Part shown: piece after piece, positions 9,381 to 16,814 of the stretch
Layout of the letters: each line of letters begins with the position of its first letter
Position numbering within the stretch: the stretch's first letter is position 1
Assembly (NCBI GenBank): GCA_964618405.1
Contig: CAZUAY010000002.1
Span: forward strand, 1-42,381
Origin: an uncultured Lentisphaerales bacterium
GTDB lineage: Bacteria; Verrucomicrobiota; Kiritimatiellia; RFP12; UBA3636
Direction of reading: 5' to 3'
DNA: 42,381 nucleotides
Notes under the pieces: generated by a model
What the model saw: the letters and a program-made list of their open reading frames with translations, nothing else
Told to the model about the DNA's origin: nothing
Databases searched by the model: none
Program-made: the position numbers and the translations under genes

Positions 9381-11303
9381 TTAATCAAATCCCTTTCCTT
9401 CTCCGACAACCTCATCATCCACCTTAACGGCTTGAGACCTATACGCTTTAAGCATTTCTTGCGATGGGGGGCCCATATAATCATCTAGTCTGCGCGCCTC
9501 GTGGAACCAGGTGGCATACTTCGCACCAAACCAATTTTCTTTCCTCATGGTTTCCCGTTGATCGCAAAGCTCTATGGCTTTTTGCACCGCAACCGTATCG
9601 TTCCCCTGGCTTTCCCGCACCTGCGCCATGGTTCGCATAATCTCCACCTGAAGTTGGGTAAACTCATAACCTGCGCGGTAGAAAGCCACACGTTGTTGAT
9701 AGACTTCCGGCCCCGTCACCGCTAAGGCCGCGGCCTGATCCATCCACTGCCGTGCCTGGCCCAGGACTTCATCGGTGTAAACCTCGCGGTACACATCCGT
9801 GGCCTGTCGCGCGAAGCCGCCAGAATGCTTGATTTTCTTCAAAATGTCCTCATGGGCCTGTTCCATCACGTTGCAGTACTGTTCAATGGCTTTGGCGGCA
9901 GGACCGAACCCACGTTGGTAAAAATCCTGCAGGACAGCCTGTCCGTCCTGTAACGGATCGTACGCCAGTTGAATCATCAAGTAGAACTGCGCTCCCTGCG
10001 TAGCCCAACAGTGCGGCAAGGTATCGACTTCCAGTCCCACGCACTTATTTTCTGCCAAGAACCGGAAATCCTTGATCGTGCGCTGCAAGGCCAGCGTCGG
10101 TAGACCGAGCCAACCGCCGGAGTAATGAAATAAATTGGGGCGAAAAACCATTCCGCCGGTAGCCTTCTGTCCCCAGGCCTGCCACGCGTTTTTTTCGCTC
10201 TCCGTGACCTCGTCGTTGGCCAACGGGAAATGTCCAACGTAACCCATGGCGATATTGTCCTCTAGCGTGGCCTCGATTGGCGGGGTTTTATAGGTGCTAT
10301 AAGCCAACGCGCCCACGTAAACTTCGCGTCCCGGGAAACGTTCCTTGAGCCCCTTTGCCAGAATGTTCCAATACCGCACGTATCGATCCGTCATCGCGAC
10401 ATGCCCCAGAATTTTCGTCCCATCGGGATGATCCCACGCACGGCAATTTTCGCACATGCAAAACCACGGCCCATCGTTTGGCGTGGCACTGAGAACCAAG
10501 AGCGTCGGATCCGCTCGGAGTTTTTCCTCCGCGTTGGCCAACCACTGTTCCGCCACCTTCGGATTCGAAACGCAGAGTTTGGCGTCTTGCGGCCGCTTAG
10601 AGAAATCGCGTGTACCGTCCGGCTGGAGCGCAAAATAATCCGGATGCGCTTCATGGTAGTTCTCCCACCAAGTGGTATAGGCGTGCCCACCCGAGAACGC
10701 ATAGGAAGTCAGCCCAATCCGCTGAAATCGATCCCATTCGGGTGCTCGACCGGGGTACAGCTTGCGCTGACGAAAAATCGGATGAAAACGATAATCAAAC
10801 GATGCGAATGAGATGGTCTCGTTTTTTGGAATGTCGAGGCCGAGTTGATTGGGCCAAAACCATCGAACACCCAGATATTTCTGAATAAACGTGTAAACGG
10901 CATTCGCCGTACCGGCTTCAACCAGGTTTGTACCGGCCATCCGATCGCGACCCGCAATCAGCAGATGCTGCCCGTTGCAAAGGTTTAGAATTTCTTCAGG
11001 GTACGTGAATTCTAAATTAGCGTTGGGAAAGAGTTGTGGCAAGTTAGGATGTGAGCCAACCCAGATTGCGCTTTCAGGAATAGCATCGACTGCTCCAATA
11101 AGAATCTCCGGTTTTGCCGACGAGATCTTTTGAATATAAGTCGCAAGCTCTTTGACTGCTTCTGTGGTTGCTGCCGGAGCATCTGCCGCCACCATAATCG
11201 GCACCTTGCTGATGCCTTTTTCCACGATAAGCATCTCGGCGCCAACCGCAACACCAATTCCCAGACCGATCACGGCCATGCAAGCGAATCCCTTAGTTTT
11301 CAA
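9381..11303 (-). CDS. Secreted DUF4838-like protein (putative glycan-active enzyme), paralog A
   Basis: 640-aa ORF with a TTG start aligned to the ATG of paralog B. It has a signal peptide, an N-terminal GH20b/GH67N-like module (KVPIMVAADA...AVKELATYIQKISSAKP) and a Cys motif (CMCENCRAWD), as I recall for DUF4838 proteins. It is about 65-70% identical to the neighbouring gene by eye. Confidence 0.6.
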   Translation of the reverse strand: MKTKGFACMAVIGLGIGVAVGAEMLIVEKGISKVPIMVAADAPAATTEAVKELATYIQKISSAKPEILIGAVDAIPESAIWVGSHPNLPQLFPNANLEFTYPEEILNLCNGQHLLIAGRDRMAGTNLVEAGTANAVYTFIQKYLGVRWFWPNQLGLDIPKNETISFASFDYRFHPIFRQRKLYPGRAPEWDRFQRIGLTSYAFSGGHAYTTWWENYHEAHPDYFALQPDGTRDFSKRPQDAKLCVSNPKVAEQWLANAEEKLRADPTLLVLSATPNDGPWFCMCENCRAWDHPDGTKILGHVAMTDRYVRYWNILAKGLKERFPGREVYVGALAYSTYKTPPIEATLEDNIAMGYVGHFPLANDEVTESEKNAWQAWGQKATGGMVFRPNLFHYSGGWLGLPTLALQRTIKDFRFLAENKCVGLEVDTLPHCWATQGAQFYLMIQLAYDPLQDGQAVLQDFYQRGFGPAAKAIEQYCNVMEQAHEDILKKIKHSGGFARQATDVYREVYTDEVLGQARQWMDQAAALAVTGPEVYQQRVAFYRAGYEFTQLQVEIMRTMAQVRESQGNDTVAVQKAIELCDQRETMRKENWFGAKYATWFHEARRLDDYMGPPSQEMLKAYRSQAVKVDDEVVGEGKGFD

Positions 11304-11348
11304 ATTTTTGTCCTTAGTTTTTCAATACTACTCGCGACGAGCCACTTC

Positions 11349-13826
11349 TTAATCAAACCCCTCGCCTTCTCCAATAACAACCTTTTCTATCTTGACCGCT
11401 GGTGACGTAAACACCTTCAGATTACGGATTTTGAGGATCCCCTCAAACTTATAGAATCCGATCCTGTCGTGTCCGTCACCAATCAGCGGATAGTCTTCGG
11501 TAAATGCAGCGACAACGTCGCCGTCCACCGTGAGACGCACCTGTGCGCCGTCATTCTCAACTACAATCTTATGCGTCTTGTTGGGCTCAATGACACGCTC
11601 AGAGGCCTCCATCACCTCTCCCTTACGCAAGACACCACTGTCCTTATTGTAGTTGCCGCCAAACCGCATTAAATAACCCTCGTAGAGCCCGTTCGTCCCA
11701 GACTGAATAAACGGGGTCACATCCGACACACCGGGATTCGGCGTCACGGTCGCTTCGAATTCAACTTTTTGAAGCCCAGGGAACGCATGTGTCAGCCGAA
11801 TGATTCCTTCGCCTGACGCCGTCAACTCCCCTCCTCCAACCGTCCACTTACCGGTCTTGACGTCCCAATCTGGGCCCAGCTCTGTGCGCTGAAAGTCGTC
11901 AGAGAAAGCGAGAGTCCATTCTGCCGGACGTAAACGAACAGCTTCTATCGTTTGCCTACTAATCAGCTCCTCAGACGGCGGCCCCATGTAATCTTCGAGT
12001 CGACGAGCTTCATGAAACCAGCGAGCAGAATTAATAGCGTATGACGGAGCCTGTTTTAGCAACGCCTCGCGTGCGGCGCAAAGCTCGGTAGCGAGCTTCA
12101 CCGCTGCCGCGTCTGCGCCGCGACTCTCACGCACAAGCTTCATCGCAGTCATAATCTCCGCTTGGAGCCGAACGTACGAGAGACCGGTGCGCGAAAAAGC
12201 AACGCGTTGAATGTAGAGCTCCGGCCCGGCAGCGACTTTAGCCTCGGCTTGGAGCATGAGCGCTTCCGCCTGCGCCAGTAACGCGGGCGTATAAACCGAC
12301 TGACAGACACCAATCATTTCGCGGGCTGCACCGCCGGAGTGTTTAATCTGTAGAAGAATCGCTTCGTGAGCCTGTTCCATGAACCTGAAGTATTGCTCGA
12401 TCTCTGCGGCAGCAGGTCCGAAACCGCGGCGGCAATAATCCTTGATAATGGCCTCGCCATCCTGTAGTGGATCGTAGGCCAGTTGGGCCATGAGGTAAAA
12501 CTCCAAGCCCTGCGTCGCCCAGCTACCCGGCAAGGAGTCAACTTCGAAACCAACGCATTTGTTTTCAGCCAGGAAACGCATATCTTCAATCGTGCGCCGC
12601 GTTGGAAGCGTCGGCAGACCGATATAACCACCCGAATAGTAGAAGAGGTTCGGGCGGTAGACCAGTGCCGAGGCCTTTGCAGCCCAAGCCAACCAATCCT
12701 GTTTTTGTGCTTGGGTCACTTCGTCATTCGCCGTGGGAAACGATCCCACATAACCAACTGCAATATTCGCCTCAAGCATCGCCGCAATGGGCGGAGCCTT
12801 ATAGGCACTGTATGCATAGCCTCCCACGATCGCCTCGCGATCCGGGAACCGCTCCCGTAGACCTCGAGCAAGCACGTTCCAGTATTTGACGTAACGGTCT
12901 GTCAGGGACATATACGGCCAATCCTTTGTTGCTCCGGCCGGATGATCCATTGCGGTACAGTTTTCACAGACACAGAAGCCTCCTCCATCATTAGGAGAAG
13001 CGCTGGCCATGATACGACTCGGATTCTCACGGAAGGCCTTTTCCGCGTTCGTCAACCATTGAGCCGCAACTTCTGGATTCGACACGCAAAGTTTGGCGGC
13101 CTCACCCTTTTTCCCCCAAGTCTCCGGCATACGCGTGCCATCCGCCCGCAGCGCAAACCACTCCGGATGCGCTTCGTGGTATTTTACCCACCAATCTGTG
13201 TAGGCGTGTCCGGCGGAAAATTCATACGAATAGAGCAACAGCCGCTGCCTCCGATGCCAAACACGAGGCTGACGCGGCCAGAGGCGACGAAAACGAAAGA
13301 TAGGATGAAAGCGAAACTCGAAAGGCGCAAACGCGATCGTCTCCCGTTTAATAATGTCTTCGCCCAGCTCACTCGGCCACAACCAACGAACGTCGAGCTG
13401 CTTCTCAATGAACGTATAGATGGAGTTAGCGGTTCCATACTCAATCTGATTCGTTCCAACAATGCGATCACGGCCAGCGATGAGGATGTTTTGTCCGTTA
13501 CAAAGATGCAAAATTTCCTCAGGGTAGGTAAACGCTAAATTAGCGCCAGGAAAAACCTTGTCCAAATTAGGATGCGCACCAATCCAGATTGCATTTTCAG
13601 GAAAGGGGGCAAGCCCCTCAACCAAGACCTGTGCTTTTGCCCCTGATATTTTTTCAATATAGGTGACGAGATCTTGGACCGCTTCTGTCGTTGCTTCCGA
13701 AGCATCTGACGCTACCATAATCGGCACCTTGCTGATGCCTTTTTCTACGACAAGCATCTCGGCGCCCACCGCAACACCTATACCCAGACCGATCACGGCC
13801 ATGCAAGCTAATCCTTTATTTCTCAT
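11349..13826 (-). CDS. Secreted DUF4838-like protein with C-terminal ConA-like (DUF1080/LamG-like) domain, paralog B
   Basis: The start is taken at the ATG at 13826 (MRNKGLACMAVIGLGIG...), which has an AAGGA SD 7 nt upstream. The tracked ORF extends to 13895. The core is collinear with paralog A (CVCENCTAMD). An extra ~200-aa C-terminal beta-sandwich-like region is present (DWDVKTGKWTVGGGEL...IGFYKFEGILKIRNLKV). Confidence 0.6.
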   Translation of the reverse strand: MRNKGLACMAVIGLGIGVAVGAEMLVVEKGISKVPIMVASDASEATTEAVQDLVTYIEKISGAKAQVLVEGLAPFPENAIWIGAHPNLDKVFPGANLAFTYPEEILHLCNGQNILIAGRDRIVGTNQIEYGTANSIYTFIEKQLDVRWLWPSELGEDIIKRETIAFAPFEFRFHPIFRFRRLWPRQPRVWHRRQRLLLYSYEFSAGHAYTDWWVKYHEAHPEWFALRADGTRMPETWGKKGEAAKLCVSNPEVAAQWLTNAEKAFRENPSRIMASASPNDGGGFCVCENCTAMDHPAGATKDWPYMSLTDRYVKYWNVLARGLRERFPDREAIVGGYAYSAYKAPPIAAMLEANIAVGYVGSFPTANDEVTQAQKQDWLAWAAKASALVYRPNLFYYSGGYIGLPTLPTRRTIEDMRFLAENKCVGFEVDSLPGSWATQGLEFYLMAQLAYDPLQDGEAIIKDYCRRGFGPAAAEIEQYFRFMEQAHEAILLQIKHSGGAAREMIGVCQSVYTPALLAQAEALMLQAEAKVAAGPELYIQRVAFSRTGLSYVRLQAEIMTAMKLVRESRGADAAAVKLATELCAAREALLKQAPSYAINSARWFHEARRLEDYMGPPSEELISRQTIEAVRLRPAEWTLAFSDDFQRTELGPDWDVKTGKWTVGGGELTASGEGIIRLTHAFPGLQKVEFEATVTPNPGVSDVTPFIQSGTNGLYEGYLMRFGGNYNKDSGVLRKGEVMEASERVIEPNKTHKIVVENDGAQVRLTVDGDVVAAFTEDYPLIGDGHDRIGFYKFEGILKIRNLKVFTSPAVKIEKVVIGEGEGFD

Positions 13827-14011
13827 TTTTCTGTCCTTAGTTTTTCTGGATGAATTCCTGCCGACAACGGAACCGTTCACGGGGGGTATAAACAACCCCG
13901 ATTTATTTAAAGCATATCATTGTCGCGGCAGCACCGTCCAGCGCAAAAAACTATTTTAGGGCTGAATGTAGGGCTGAACTCAGCTCCGTAAATGTTGTAT
14001 ATTGCTTCATA

Positions 14012-14284
14012 TTGTCAGATATTTTAGTCATGCAGGGACGCGAGTTGAGGGACGAGGACATCGCCTTGATCCGCACATTGCTGGATGAAAATCCAGACTG
14101 GGGTCGGTCAAGACTCAGCGTTGAACGTTGCGACCGCTGGGCTTGGCACCTGTCTGCGTGCGGCACGCACAGGCAGGCAACGCGCAAGGACGCCAAGGGC
14201 GACAATCAAACTGGAAATGCAACGCAAATTCATGGAGTGGGCTCCTCTGCACTCAACCCAGCTTCAGCCAAGGCTTTCTTATAG
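14012..14284 (+). pseudogene. N-terminal relic of a DUF4338 (DruA-like) gene
   Basis: GRELRDEDIALIRTLLDENPDWGRSRLSVERCDRWAWHL matches my recollection of the conserved N-terminus of ~350-400-aa DUF4338 proteins. Similarity is lost after ~55 aa, and the ORF runs into the 3' end of the convergent gene. Confidence 0.4.
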
Positions 14285-14808
14285 CATTCCGGACAATAGC
14301 CATGCGAAAACAATGCACCTGAATGCTGACTGATATAGGACTCAATTTGTTGCCACTCGCCTTTATCTGTCCGTATTTTTTTACACTGACAACAGACCGG
14401 CAATATTCCTTCGAGCACTTTAATCTCGGCCATGCTTTTTCTCAGCGCGTCTGCTTTTTCCTTTTCGGAGATCGTCAATTTTCGAATATCAGCAATTGCC
14501 CAGCCAATCGACAAGAACGCAGTAAGCCGAATGATCGTATTCCAGACCGAATAGACATGCGAAGAATAATGAAGACCCGACAGGTCGTTGGCCACAAACC
14601 AGAATATGGCCGAGAGCAGTGCTGTCGCCACCATGCCGACCATTCCGATGTACCATGCAGCCAAGCAGACAGGCAGAAAATAGAACACAAAGAAATTGAG
14701 TTCATAGCCGGTCTTCCAATCAATGAAAGCGAACACGAATGTTAATAGGGTTACACCTAAAAATGCCGTAAGTTCTTGTGATAATTCTTTTTTCATGCCT
14801 GATGTCAT
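14230..14808 (-). CDS. Small membrane protein: 4-TM (DUF4118-like) module, coiled coil, C-terminal Cys/His motif
   Basis: 192-aa ORF with four hydrophobic helices, then a charged helix (TISEKEKADALRKSMAEIKVLEG), then PVCCQCKKIRTDKGEWQQIESYISQHSGALFSHGYCPECY. I recognise this C-terminal motif from many PAS/sensor proteins. No kinase or output domain is present. Confidence 0.6.
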   Translation of the reverse strand: MTSGMKKELSQELTAFLGVTLLTFVFAFIDWKTGYELNFFVFYFLPVCLAAWYIGMVGMVATALLSAIFWFVANDLSGLHYSSHVYSVWNTIIRLTAFLSIGWAIADIRKLTISEKEKADALRKSMAEIKVLEGILPVCCQCKKIRTDKGEWQQIESYISQHSGALFSHGYCPECYKKALAEAGLSAEEPTP

Positions 14809-14949
14809 TCCGTTAGGCCAACCGGCGAATACGCCTTTAAATCAACAGGGTGTGATATTTAAACAGTTTTGACACATTCCAGATAAATGCAATCCTAACT
14901 TCACGGCCAGTATAGTCTCGTTCGGTTGCAAACATCAAGAAAATTAGAG

Positions 14950-14976
14950 AAAATTAGGGGATAGGCGTCGAAAAAG
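14950..14976. repeat. Left copy of a 27-bp imperfect direct repeat bracketing the island
   Basis: aaaattaggggataggcgtcgaaaaag matches 24 of 27 positions of the right copy. The right copy is reconstructed from 26169-26187 plus 26386-26393, where it is interrupted by the MITE-like element. Confidence 0.55.
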
Positions 14977-15018
14977 TCCTGCCCGCGAATGCCGAGAGGC
15001 AGAACCGACGCGTCCGCG

Positions 15019-15160
15019 TGTAGCGGAAAACAAGCCGAGTGCCCCGTTTGAATGGATGCAGCACGAAGCCCACGCGCTTCCGGCTGGACTTGCGTCCGCC
15101 GGAAGCGCGATACGGGCAAAGGGATGCGCCATTCAAACGGGGTGTAGAGGCGCCGCTACA
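15019..15160. other. GC-rich element with three nested inverted repeats (possible structured RNA or repeat element)
   Basis: The nested stems are tgtagcgg/ccgctaca (15019-26 and 15153-60), ccccgtttgaatgg/ccattcaaacgggg (15042-55 and 15129-42) and cgcgcttccggc/gccggaagcgcg (15073-84 and 15098-109). The only overlapping ORFs are Ala/Arg/Gly-rich on both strands, which looks non-coding. Confidence 0.4.
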
Positions 15161-15307
15161 GGCGCACCGCTGAGGCAAAAGCCGCGCAACGCCCCAGAAC
15201 CCGCACGTTCTCAAGCCGAAGCATCCCTCAAACGGCTTCCTCTTCGGCTCGCTGATCCGCACATCAATGCCGACATCCCTGTCGCTAACCGATTACCAAA
15301 ATGCTTC

Positions 15308-15373
15308 TTGACAGGATGGTGCCGAGTCAATAAAGTAAGGAGTGTTTTCAGAATATTCCAATAAAGTAAGGAG
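15308..15373 (+). promoter_or_regulatory. Candidate vapBC promoter and operator region
   Basis: TTGACA (15308-13), a 17-nt spacer, then TAAAGT (15331-36). A perfect 15-bp direct repeat, caataaagtaaggag, occurs at 15328-42 and 15359-73. The second copy provides the SD for vapB. Confidence 0.4.
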
Positions 15374-15379
15374 GCGCTC

Positions 15380-15610
15380 ATGATCGCCACGATGACATCG
15401 AAAGGACAAATTACAATCCCGAAGGAGATTAGGCGAAAGCTCTCGCTTCAGGTGGGCTGCCACGTTTCATTCGTCATCATCGGAGACCGTGTTGAACTCA
15501 CACCGGTTTCAACGCCGATCAGTGCCTTGAAGCACATCCTCCCCAAGCCCACCAAACCGTTGAGTTTGAATCAGATCGAGAGGGCGGTTGTCCGGGGGGC
15601 CGGAAAATGA
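15380..15610 (+). CDS. vapB: AbrB/SpoVT-type antitoxin VapB
   Basis: 76 aa. MTSKGQITIPKEIRRKL is the classic AbrB/MazE-fold DNA-binding N-terminus. The stop overlaps the downstream PIN gene start (ATGA). Confidence 0.85.
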   Translation: MIATMTSKGQITIPKEIRRKLSLQVGCHVSFVIIGDRVELTPVSTPISALKHILPKPTKPLSLNQIERAVVRGAGK

Positions 15611-16008
15611 TCGGCTTGGACACCAATGTGCTGGTTCGCTTTTTCACCCAGGACGATCCCCCGCAGAGCCGCCGTGCCACGAAACTCATGGAGACGCACT
15701 GCACGAAAGAGGTGCCCGGCTTTGTTTCCGTCGTTGTTTTATGCGAGTTGATCTGGGTTTTGGATTCTGGCTATGGCTACGAGAAGGCCGCCATTGCAAG
15801 GCTGTTGCGCGGAATGTTGAGTACGCCGGCCCTGGTGCTTGAGCATCAAGACCGGGTCAGCCGTGCCTTGTCCCTTTACGAAAAAGGCGACGCTGGGTTT
15901 TCCGACTGTTTGATCGCAAGCTCATGCGACGACGAAGCCGCCGTTCCCGTATACACGTTTGACAAGGCGGCTGTCAAAACCTCGGGTCTTTTCAAGATGG
16001 TACCGTGA
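15607..16008 (+). CDS. vapC: PIN-domain toxin VapC
   Basis: 133 aa. It has IGLDTNVLVRF (first acidic residue), then ...CELIWVL... and ...FSDCLIA... acidic positions typical of PIN ribonucleases. It is translationally coupled to vapB. Confidence 0.9.
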   Translation: MIGLDTNVLVRFFTQDDPPQSRRATKLMETHCTKEVPGFVSVVVLCELIWVLDSGYGYEKAAIARLLRGMLSTPALVLEHQDRVSRALSLYEKGDAGFSDCLIASSCDDEAAVPVYTFDKAAVKTSGLFKMVP

Positions 16009-16098
16009 GATGTCGTCCACCTCTTCTATGGCTTCACTTGAATGAGTTTCCTTGCTATACGAAAACATGCCACGCCACGACGAACCCGTGTAAGGCCG

Positions 16099-16580
16099 AA
16101 TTTCTTGTTTCAAGGGTGACCCTGTCGCCCCCCAGATTGGAATAATGGAATGATGGAATAATGGAATGTTGGGCCCGAGAGATCACGCAAACACCCTGGG
16201 AACGCGAGGCTCCGCACTCGCACTGGAGGGCAAGACTGTGGCGAGCCGAGGTGAGAGAGTGGAATAATGGAATGTTGGGGACAAGTGGTCTCTGGCACGG
16301 ACTACTAGCCGTTAGGCCCTAGGCCTTAGGTGTTAGCCAGAAACAAGTGGCAGGATGTCAAAACGACACCCCTGCCGAAGCTAGGGCCTAGGGCCTAAAA
16401 CTCTTCCCTAACCCCTTCATCATTCATACTTCATCATTCATACTTTCTTCATACGGGGTATGGGGTGCCCCCATCGGAAACTACTCTCTACTCTCTACCC
16501 ACTACTCTCCACTCTCTAACAAACCCCACCCACAACGGATCAGTGCAAGTCCTAATTTCTTGTTTTCAGGGTTGACCCTG
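16099..16580. repeat. Composite simple-sequence / hairpin block bounded by ~26-bp direct repeats
   Basis: The boundary repeats are aatttcttgtttcaagggtgaccctg (16099-16124) and aatttcttgttttcagggttgaccctg (16554-16580). Inside are five modules:
- GGAAT-type repeats (16139-16173).
- An exact 19-mer, ggaataatggaatgttggg, at 16155-73 and 16261-79.
- A 13-bp inverted repeat, ttaggccctaggc/gcctagggcctaa (16312-24 and 16386-98).
- A 14-bp unit, cttcatcattcata, repeated twice (16415-42).
- A CT-rich tract (16481-16520). Confidence 0.6.
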
Positions 16581-16707
16581 ATGCACTGCAAAGATGATTC
16601 TTCGTGAGATTTGCTTCATTCGGCAGAAGATCAGCTTGGTCTTTTTCCAGTTGGCAATGGTTTGTTTTTAGAAAAACCTTTTTATTGGTGAAGCAGATGG
16701 TTGAATG

Positions 16708-16716
16708 TGCTAGAAT
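16708..16716 (+). promoter_or_regulatory. Extended -10 promoter candidate for the Mod operon
   Basis: TGcTAGAAT lies about 100 nt upstream of the ATG at 16815. No convincing -35 was seen. Confidence 0.25.
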
Positions 16717-16814
16717 CAGCCTTGTTATTGAGGCCTGTTCCGCCGATTCACGCACGTTAGCCGTTTTGCGGTGTGGCCGCTTCAGAGCTTCGGATAATTG
16801 GAGATCAAGACGAT

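Noticed and set aside
11130-11405. Conserved-looking small ORFs 11130-11405 and 13663-13959 sharing IIGTLLMPFST.SISAPTATPIPRPITAMQANPL
   Set aside because: The similarity is a by-product of the near-identical 5' ends of the two DUF4838-like genes on the opposite strand.
14960-15260. RNase P RNA or SRP RNA, suggested by GAAAAAGTCC, CAGAACCCG and CCGGAAGCGC strings
   Set aside because: The P4-like strands are not complementary to each other. The other universally conserved RNase P and SRP motifs (a GGAA tetraloop context, the AGCA loop) are absent. The resemblance is superficial.
15342-15383. 13-codon GTG-initiated uORF ending in a TGA that overlaps the vapB ATG
   Set aside because: The duplicated SD abuts the GTG with no spacing, so initiation is unlikely. 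The duplication is better explained as repeated operator sites.
16155-16279. Two exact 19-bp repeats 106 bp apart, considered as a mini CRISPR array or att sites
   Set aside because: There are only two copies, embedded in GGAAT-type simple sequence, with no cas genes or integrase. They are treated as part of the composite repeat block.
16110-16298. 62-aa ORF on the minus strand
   Set aside because: Its sequence (HSIIPL...HYSIIPLF) is just the translated GGAAT repeats. There is no RBS or domain, so it is almost certainly non-coding.
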